Positions 54,901 through 64,000 of a stretch of DNA of 64,000 nucleotides are shown piece after piece. The position numbers were made by a program, and so were the translations under genes. Source of the stretch: Octopus vulgaris (taxonomy: Eukaryota). The stretch's first letter is position 1. Every line of letters starts with the position of its first letter. The DNA is taken from positions 8,308,001 through 8,372,000 of the forward strand of contig OX597835.1 in NCBI GenBank assembly GCA_951406725.2, in the 5' to 3' direction. The notes beneath the pieces are model-generated. The model was not told where the DNA came from. It saw only the letters and a program-made list of their open reading frames with translations, and searched no databases.

Positions 54901-54950
<50 letters not shown>

Positions 54951-55249
54951 CTGTACATTTTGAAGCATTTATAGCAGACATACTTCTACGACACTTCCTG
55001 TTTGAGCTACTCTGCACGCGCAAGACGCTGACATTGCAACTCATTATATATGCAGAACATAAAATAGAATTTAATACAAAATATTGGCTGACAGCATCAA
55101 ACTTAAGTTAAATAGCTACAAACACACACACACACACACAAACACACACGCGTAGACATACACAAACCACAAAAGCGCCCGCGCGCACACACACACGCAC
55201 GCACAAATGGTATGTCTTGTGTATACTGTGAAATGTATCACTGCTGCTG

Positions 55250-55633
55250 TTGCTGTTGCTGCTGTTGAGTGAACGGTCTTCGTCCCAGAGCCCGCAACAT
55301 GGGAGAAATCGGAAACGTTTTTCTTTCCTATTCGAAAGACCAGCAGAAGGGAAACCTGGTCAATCCCCGACACCGAGAGCATCGACGGATGGCTGAATGC
55401 GCATCCAGGCTCAGCGGTTGCGTAGGAAGTCGGGGACAAGAAACAGGATGAAAGAGTGAGAGAAATTTGGAGCGAAAGAGTACAACAGGGGTCGCCACCA
55501 ACCCCTACGGGAGCCTCGTGGAGCTTTAGGTGTTTTCGCTCAATAAACAGACACAACGCGCTGTCTGGGAATCGAAACCGCGAGCCTTTGACTGCGAGTC
55601 CGCTGCCCTAACCATTGGGCCATTGCGCCTCCG
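55250..55633 (-). mobile_element. SINE family C, tail variant 3
   Basis: C head plus a distinct 3' half ending in (CAA/CAG)n; TSD ACTGCTGCTG at 55240-55249 and 55634-55643. Confidence 0.85.
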
Positions 55634-55895
55634 ACTGCTGCTGCAAGGGTTAGAGCTCCACGTACATTATCATCTTTCAATCTGCTTCCAGTTGAGTTGT
55701 TCATGTTTCTACTAACACTAGATCAAATGTAGGCAAAAATGACGATATATAAAACTTGATTTCGCTTGATCCAACGTACGTTTCATCACTGGGATTGTTT
55801 AAAATCCTTCATTGGATGCTGCAAGTACAATTGCCTCCTTAACCCCAACTGACGATAGGGGAATCCTATATTACATGACTCCTATATTGCAATGA

Positions 55896-56128
55896 AGGCG
55901 GCGAGCTGGCAGAATCGTTAGCACGCCGGGCGAAATGCGTAGCCGTATTTCGTCTGTCGTTACGTTCTGAATTCAAATTCCGCCGAGGTCGACTTTGCCT
56001 TTCATCCTCGCGGGGTTGATAAATAAAGTACCACTTTCGCACTTGGTCGATGTAGTCGACTTAATCCCTTTGTCTGTCCTTGTTTGTCCCCTCTATGTTT
56101 AGCCCCTTGTGGGTAGTAAAGCAATAAA
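55896..56128 (+). mobile_element. SINE family B monomer
   Basis: Full consensus, flanked by TATATTGCA. Confidence 0.9.
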
Positions 56129-56949
56129 TATATATTGCATTATTTTACAGAGACTGTCCTGCTGCAACATTCCAACTGCAGGATCTCAAACAACCACAAT
56201 GCTTAAAAGCGTGGAGGGACAAATGATATAAACGTGTATTTATTGCAATTTCTCCTGTATAGACGTGTCAACGTAGGAAGCTGTCGACGCTTATCAGTTT
56301 GATGTGTGTCAAGTGCGACTTATCGAAACTGTCCGCCCTTGAATCAAATCACACGAGATTCTATTAAGATATTAAGCCGGTGCTGCTATAAGCACGAGGA
56401 ATGAAATTTGGGGGAAGCGGGCTAGTCAAATATATTGACCCCAGTGCTCAACTGGTACTTATTTTATCGACCCCTTCAGAAAAGTATTTGACATGAGAAC
56501 ATAACGCTGACGAATTGCCCCTAAGCATTTAGTCAGGTGTCTGTGAAGGGAAAATATAAACACTTGTTTCCAGTTCTCTTTTCCGGTTTGTAACACCAAA
56601 TAATATAAGATGCTGATGATGATGATCATGATGAGGATGATCATAAACTACCAGGATTTATGGTCGCATAGCTTTCCGTTCAACGTTGAAGATATTATCA
56701 GTAATAAAATTACGCCCATAATATTTATGGCTACCGCCATTAAAATAGTCTCACTTGTAAATGAGATTTCGAAAGTCTCAACACATCAGACGAAAGTATT
56801 GAAGAATGTCTCTTTCCTCTCAAACCAAACATAAAGACTAAGGAAGGAGAGAGGAAGAGCTTTTAAGCAAAGAACGAAGATGAATATTGTCAGGTGTTTA
56901 ACGTAGCTTGTTAAAAAAAAAAATTCTTCCTCATTTGCATGCAAGCATA

Positions 56950-57022
56950 TGTGTGTGTGAGTGTGTGTGTGTGTGTGTGAGTGTGTGTGTGTGTCAGTGT
57001 GTGTGTCAGTGTGTGTGAGTGT

Positions 57023-57109
<87 letters not shown>

Positions 57110-57118
57110 GTGTGTGTC
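56950..57118. repeat. (TG)n microsatellite
   Basis: Directly visible. Confidence 0.95.
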
Positions 57119-57255
57119 TAAGTCTATGTGTGCTGACATTTGAATGTGCAAAACCTCACGCGGGAAATAATTCATGCTTATTTCCATAAGTGACATTCGT
57201 AAAAAAAAATGATAGATGCAAAACAGTTTTCATACTTTACAATTATTTAAACATA

Positions 57256-57342
57256 TTGTCTGCTCCTGTGCTTCCGTGTACACATATAAGTATCACACAC
57301 ACACAATCACACACACACACACACACACAATCACACACACAA

Positions 57343-57405
<63 letters not shown>

Positions 57406-57476
57406 CATTCACACACATGTATGTATGTTTGCGTATATATAGTGTCTGCTCCTGTGCTTCCGTGTGCATATAAGTA

Positions 57477-57528
<52 letters not shown>

Positions 57529-57823
57529 TCACGCACATGTATGTATGTTTGTGTATATATATATTGTCTGCTCCTGTGCTTCCGTGTGCATATAAGTATC
57601 ACACACACAAACACACACACACACGCACACACACACGTTCACACACATGTATGTATGTTTGTGTATATATATATATTGTCTGCTCCTGTGCTTCCGTGTG
57701 CATATAAGTATCACACACACAAACACACACACACACTCACGCACGCACACACATTCACACACATGTATGTATGTTTGTGTATATATAGTGTCTGCTCCTG
57801 TACATCCGTGTGCATATAAGTAT

Positions 57824-57854
<31 letters not shown>

Positions 57855-57890
57855 ACACATTCACACACATGTATGTATGTTTGTGTATAT
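57256..57890. repeat. Composite tandem repeat, 5 units with an embedded (CA)n
   Basis: Unit starts TGTCTGCTCCTGTGCTTCCGTGTGCATATAAGTATCACAC at ~57256, 57443, 57565, 57677 and 57789. Confidence 0.88.
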
Positions 57891-58175
57891 GCATATGCGA
57901 ACATACAAACATATATGTATCCATATATACACACGTATACACACACACACACACACAAACTGCGTAGAAATATATGTAGTCATGTGTGTGTGTGTGCTCT
58001 GTTTACATAAGCATTATATATGTATTATTTGGTTCAAATTGACACTGGCGACAATAGAAGATATAAGTGGATTTACAGTAAATATGATGCGTATTAAACG
58101 CCCCAATTTTTGAGCAAATTGACCACTTCTTGCAAATATATATACATATTATTATCATTGTTGTTACTATTAATA

Positions 58176-58500
<325 letters not shown>

Positions 58501-59085
58501 TCTTACACATTTCGGAGACATTGCACAAATATATTTAGCATTACATTATTCATGAAGTCAAACCGGTGCCGCCACCAACGGCATCGTCTGAAAATGATCA
58601 GGTCTACGACTATTAAGTTGTATGTATTCATATTTATAAGTTTAAAGATTAGTTGAAATATATTGCCGTGGGGTATTCTAAGTAATTCGCACGTTCGCAG
58701 TTTTGCTTATCTCTCACCACTTCCGCTTGTTTATATCCTCTATTTGTATGGTTTACATATCTCTTATTTGTACATGCCTATATTTGTATGGATCTACAAA
58801 CATGTGGATGTTTTATCACTACTATCTGTTTGTAGTTGTATTGCATTTAATTTGCACTAATTTTCGGTTTCCTTCTTTACATCTTCCCATAATGTGACAA
58901 CAATATTTGTCGCTTGTTATTCGCATGTTTCAGTTAACACTTTTTTTTAATTTTATACATCTCTAAAATTTTCAGAAACAAAACTCTGTTGGTGCTGTTA
59001 AAAGAAAATTTAATGTGTCAATTGTACGCCACTTACTTTTGTAAATTTATCATCTTTCGTGTTTATACAAGATAAAATGTAATGC

Positions 59086-59249
59086 CAGGGGTTGCTGTGT
59101 GGTAAGAAGCTTCCTTCCCAACCACATGGCTCCGGGTTCACTCCCACTGCGTGGCACCTTGGGCAACTGTCTTCTACTCTGTCCTCGGCCCGACCAAGGC
59201 CTTGTGAGTCAATTTGAAGGACGGAAAAACGGAAACTGTAAATTCCGTC

Positions 59250-59250
<1 letters not shown>
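59086..59250 (+). mobile_element. Degenerate SINE family A 5' half
   Basis: GCTGTGTGGTAAGAAGCTT...GGGTTCACTCCCACTGCGTGGCACCTTGGGCAA. Confidence 0.78.
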
Positions 59251-59306
<56 letters not shown>

Positions 59307-59334
59307 TATTTATGTGTGTGTGTGTGTGTGTGTG

Positions 59335-59730
59335 ACTTTGTGGTGCTGGATTGCCTCAAGTTCCGCCACGAGCTTGATGCACTCCGGTGACCACAGTTGG
59401 GAGCAATAATCCAGACAACTGAGAGTTAATGTTCTCCATAGGTATAGCAAGGTATTCTTATTTCTGCTTCTGAATGACCTAAGAATCCATCCAGTAACTT
59501 ACCTGTACCATGCTGCCATCTTGGTAATATGCACATGGAATGTTGCATCATGGGAATTCTCATGTCACTCTCCGACTCAAACTCAGGGATTGAACTGCCT
59601 CTTGCTCCCCTGTATTCCGATTGAAGTCTGTCTGTGGTTTGTAGGCGGAGGGTTTAAAACTTAGCATCACCGAACTGCACGTTATTTTCATCAGGTCATT
59701 TGTATGCATGCAGACATCTCGTTTTGCAGT
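59335..59730 (-). pseudogene. Decayed CR1/L2-group LINE reverse transcriptase fragment
   Basis: Manual translation: DENNVQFGDAKF*...DATFHVHITKMAAWYR*VTGWILRSFRSRNKNTLLYLWRTLTLSCLDYCSQLWSPECIKLVAELEAIQ. Confidence 0.8.
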
Positions 59731-59850
59731 TTTAGTATGTTATGAGGGTCGATGACCGTGGCTGGTGAGAGTGGTTGACTGTAAAACTGTGGAGAAAATG
59801 TAAGCAGTTGTAGACCGAGTACAATTCCCTGAAGAACTCCACTACTCCAC

Positions 59851-59865
59851 TATGTATATAATGTA

Positions 59866-59903
<38 letters not shown>

Positions 59904-60017
59904 TATACAAATATATATATATGCATATATGTATACATATATACATATATATATATGCATATATATGTGTATATATGAATATACATATATATATACACAT
60001 ATATATATACAAATAAA

Positions 60018-60049
<32 letters not shown>

Positions 60050-60110
60050 CAAATATATATATATACATATATATATGCATATATATGTGTATACATGTAT
60101 ATATATATAC

Positions 60111-60177
<67 letters not shown>

Positions 60178-60230
60178 TATATATGTCATACATACCTACA
60201 TACATACATGCATATGTACGTGTGTGTGTG
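59851..60230. repeat. Degenerate (TA)n tract
   Basis: Directly visible. Confidence 0.93.
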
Positions 60231-61453
60231 AGTGTCCGCACGCCATTGCAGACGGTTGAAATTGGCGAGAAACGAAAGCAATGTTTGTGACCTCTATGAA
60301 AATTCGATGCTGCAGAGCCGTCCATTATCAACCATCTTGGTTCAACTTTGTAAAACAAGAATCTCTATAATATTTATTTCACGCGTTCTCCAGTTAAAAT
60401 TTTTTCTTGCAAAATTTCAATATTCTGTGGTTGTGAAAGTAATATAGTCTTAGTTGTATGTGTTCTTACTAATTTTACCTTCCTTTTAGTTTGGCCAAGA
60501 AAGACTATAAACCGATGCTAAGCTTACGGATGTAGCCATCCAATCTTTTTCTTTCCTTTCATATTGTAATTTGGACTCTATCAGCCTAAACTTCTTTCAG
60601 TTTTTTGAAAGCAGCGATGTAATTTGAGAAAGATTTCATTGCTTTTTATAACAGATGGAATGGCAACGAATAGTCTCCATCGTTGGATAATGTGGGTTTA
60701 TGTGATTGAGTATGTATTTGTGAATGTGTGCGGATGTTTGTGCGCGTTTGTGACTTTTCACATCTACGTCTTCAAATACTTGGAAGTATCATGTACACGA
60801 ATTCGGCAGTTTTCTTCACCTATTTCTTGACGACATATCTTGAAATGGAAATTAACTTTGTTTCAGTTCAATTTACGATCCTATGATGTGCCAACCTGCG
60901 CTGTCGATCTTTACTCTCACGCTGATGTTGCAGCTTTGATAATACTTATCTTTCCTAATGTAATTACAATCAGATAATAATGACTATTACATCCCGATTA
61001 CATATTTCCCCTCTTCTTTAGTTAATGATTCTAGTTTATATCATTTCGCCCTCTTTCCCTTGGTTCTTATAATCGCCAGTTGGCACTAAGCTTTTCCATT
61101 CGCCTCTTCAAAATGCAATTTGCAAAGAGACAGCCGTAAGTGATGTCGTTAAATTTTCCTTCATAGAACAAATTGAACTGCATGTAATCTTGTCAAAATC
61201 TTCATAGGTTGAGCGTTTCGCCCCTGTTTTATGACATAAGCCACGAATTAAGACAGCATCATCACTTAATGGCCGCGGTTATTGGTGTCAGGCGTACAAT
61301 GGTATCAGTTACTTCCCCTCATGAGTGTGTATGAAAATATGTGTGTGCACATGTATATACGGATATGCACGTGTATGAAGGCATGTTTGTAAGTGGACAT
61401 ATGAAATGCATTTGAGCGATCAATCATACATACATACAAACATACATACATGC

Positions 61454-61485
<32 letters not shown>

Positions 61486-61549
61486 ACATTAATGCGTGTA
61501 AATGTGGTTCAGTGAATCAGCTGAATATATACACTTATATAAATATGTG

Positions 61550-61611
<62 letters not shown>

Positions 61612-61716
61612 AATAAGGATAAGATCGTCAATTTAAGGGCAATTCAGGTGGTTTTAGAGTCAGATCATGGCTGCTATTTTCAGCATGGTGGTATTTCGTA
61701 GATACCCTATTTAATA

Positions 61717-61791
<75 letters not shown>

Positions 61792-64000
61792 CATATATAT
61801 ATTATATATACATATATACATATATACATACATATATATGTATATATATATATTGTGTGTGTGTGTATGCTTGAATGCAGATGTGTGGATTATATGTAGG
61901 CAAGTGTGTTAATATGTACGCATCAGTTTTTACGCATGGCTACATTTATGTGTGCCCAGTTGATTATTCATGCGGACCTATATGTGAGCATAACAGAGTT
62001 ACCATATGTTTAATAGTTTCGCGGATGCACGCAAACACTAGCATGCATCACTCTGCAGCCATATCTATCAATTGGTTCTTATATTGTCATGTTTGTCATC
62101 CCTCACCAATCTGACTCTTTTTAACAATATCCTAGTATTTACTAGTATGATACCCGGCTCTTTGCTCACAGCAAGATAAGGAAATTTGAATTTTACATTC
62201 TTTGCCCTTATCAAATTTTACATTTAGTATAAACTAAATTCGATTTTAACACAAAGTGTCATCAAAGAATTTTTTATAAAAAGTTACTTCTCTTTTCATT
62301 TTCAGGGAAATGGTATACAAACTATTTTGAATTGAGTAAATTATTGAAGGTTGTATAAACAGTCGTAGTGTGTTTTATTTTTTAAACTCAGATTGTTTAT
62401 TTTAAAAGTAGCCTCTTTTTTATTCTGTAAAATAACTATAAGCGTCATACAATATTTATATTTACTTTGATGACTTCTCCATAAAGGACCGGATAGTGAC
62501 TCACATTCATGAATATGCAAATGTGAGTTAATGTATGATAAAGGGAATTTTTATAATAATTTGGTCAACGATATAAGCGTAGAATTTCAGGAAAATATAT
62601 TCATCAAATCTTGCACGTAATCAAAGTTATAGACGATAAATTTTATTTTGTTTCACGATAATGAAATTTTCATGTCATTTCTTTTAAATATTTCCCGATA
62701 TTTGTATATAAACAAATATTTCAGTGGAAAACGATATTTTTGCAGAGCTATGTGCTTATTTACCCAATGAAGGTTTATATAAATCAATAATTATTTTCAT
62801 ATTTGTTCTCTTTTTGCCATTCGCCTTGTCTTTAGACAAAATGAGAAAACACACTTGAATAAAAGGGGGTCCTTGTTATTGAAAATGTTGGCAACTACTG
62901 AACTAGACTGTCACCGCTTTCCTCCTTCCCTAAGGCAGTCTTTCAAGAACTGCTCTCCGCCCTCCTTCTCTCCTCCTTTCTGTCTGTCTGTCTCACCTTT
63001 AACGTACTTGCCACTCTACTTGCCCTCCCATTTTCCTCAAATTTGGTGAAAGCAAACACCTCCCCCCTTGCTCTCACTTTCCGTTTAAACTTGAATTATT
63101 TGATAAGGACGTTCGCGGCGAGAGAACCTCACGCCTGTGATTCAGTTCATGCTTCGGTCTTCTTAAACCCATCGACACCACCATCATCAATATTTATCAC
63201 TCGATCTCCGTTTCCCCTTCCGTGTCACGAGTGACTAAAACAAGCCACTCGTCATCGAATTTTGAACCTGGGAATGAGGAGAGTTAATCGCCTGTCTCAG
63301 AACCTACATCCGGTTACTCCTGGATTTTCTACTCGTTAATTGGTTTTGTAATTTGTTGAAGTGATATTAAAGTTATATAATTGTTTTTCAAATCAAAACC
63401 CCATAAAACAATGCGTGAGAAAAATGCCAAAAATCCAGGAAATTACAGTAAAATTTGAACGAATCCTTCTTTTGTAGAATTATTTAAATTCATTCTATCT
63501 CGCTCCCGGTTCCATCTCTCTGTTTCTCATTGTCTTACAAGCTCGACCCCCTCTCTCTAATGCAACCCCTCTCATACGTTAAAATTAATGTTAATTTCTG
63601 CTACAACAAATCTTACGGGCAATAAAATTAATAGTTTCCAGATAAATCAATTTAATCTTCTCGAAATAAAATGTCGTTAATGTTATCCAAATATGTCAGC
63701 GGTTACAATTGCGGCCAAATTCTAAGGGTTTCATTGAATCCGAAAACAACATGCAAGAACATTAAGGGCTGCGAAAATTAAAGTAATTCCTTTGGAATGA
63801 TCAGGTTCAGCAAAAAGAGGGAAAGGTTTGGGTGCATTATTAGTCAAGGCATTGTCTAAGTTGTACTGTGCTGCCACCGAGGCAGGTAGAAGTGAAAATA
63901 GGTTAAGTTAGGATTGTGAAGGATTTGATTGCTGTCGGGTGGGGGGGGTGGGGGGACAATTTCATGCAGTAATCGGAAGTGTTAGATTGATCTCGATCGC

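Noticed and set aside
62141-62175. Helitron-like end (ACTAG..CCCGGC..GC)
   Set aside because: The hairpin is decayed and no matching 5' end could be located.

Overview
AT-rich eukaryotic non-coding DNA, either intergenic or within a very large intron. No intact protein-coding gene is supported: nearly all listed ORFs are microsatellite or repeat artefacts. The repeat families and dense (TA)n/(CA)n/(ATT)n/(TATG)n tracts look like an octopus (coleoid cephalopod) genome; this is recognised from memory, not from a search. Contents: three families of tRNA-derived SINEs (A, B, C; about 30 copies or fragments, several with clear target-site duplications), four copies of a short non-autonomous Helitron, a mariner-type MITE, decayed CR1/L2-group LINE fragments, several minisatellites and three fold-back elements. 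The most striking signal is at least eight type-I hammerhead ribozyme motifs, plus decayed ones. Most sit in short, ORF-less modules, mostly inserted into (TA)n tracts, and resemble Penelope-like/retrozyme minimal hammerheads. One carries a compensatory G3-C8 catalytic-core swap, and others carry single core variants. All structures were derived by eye, and coordinates of degenerate elements are approximate.
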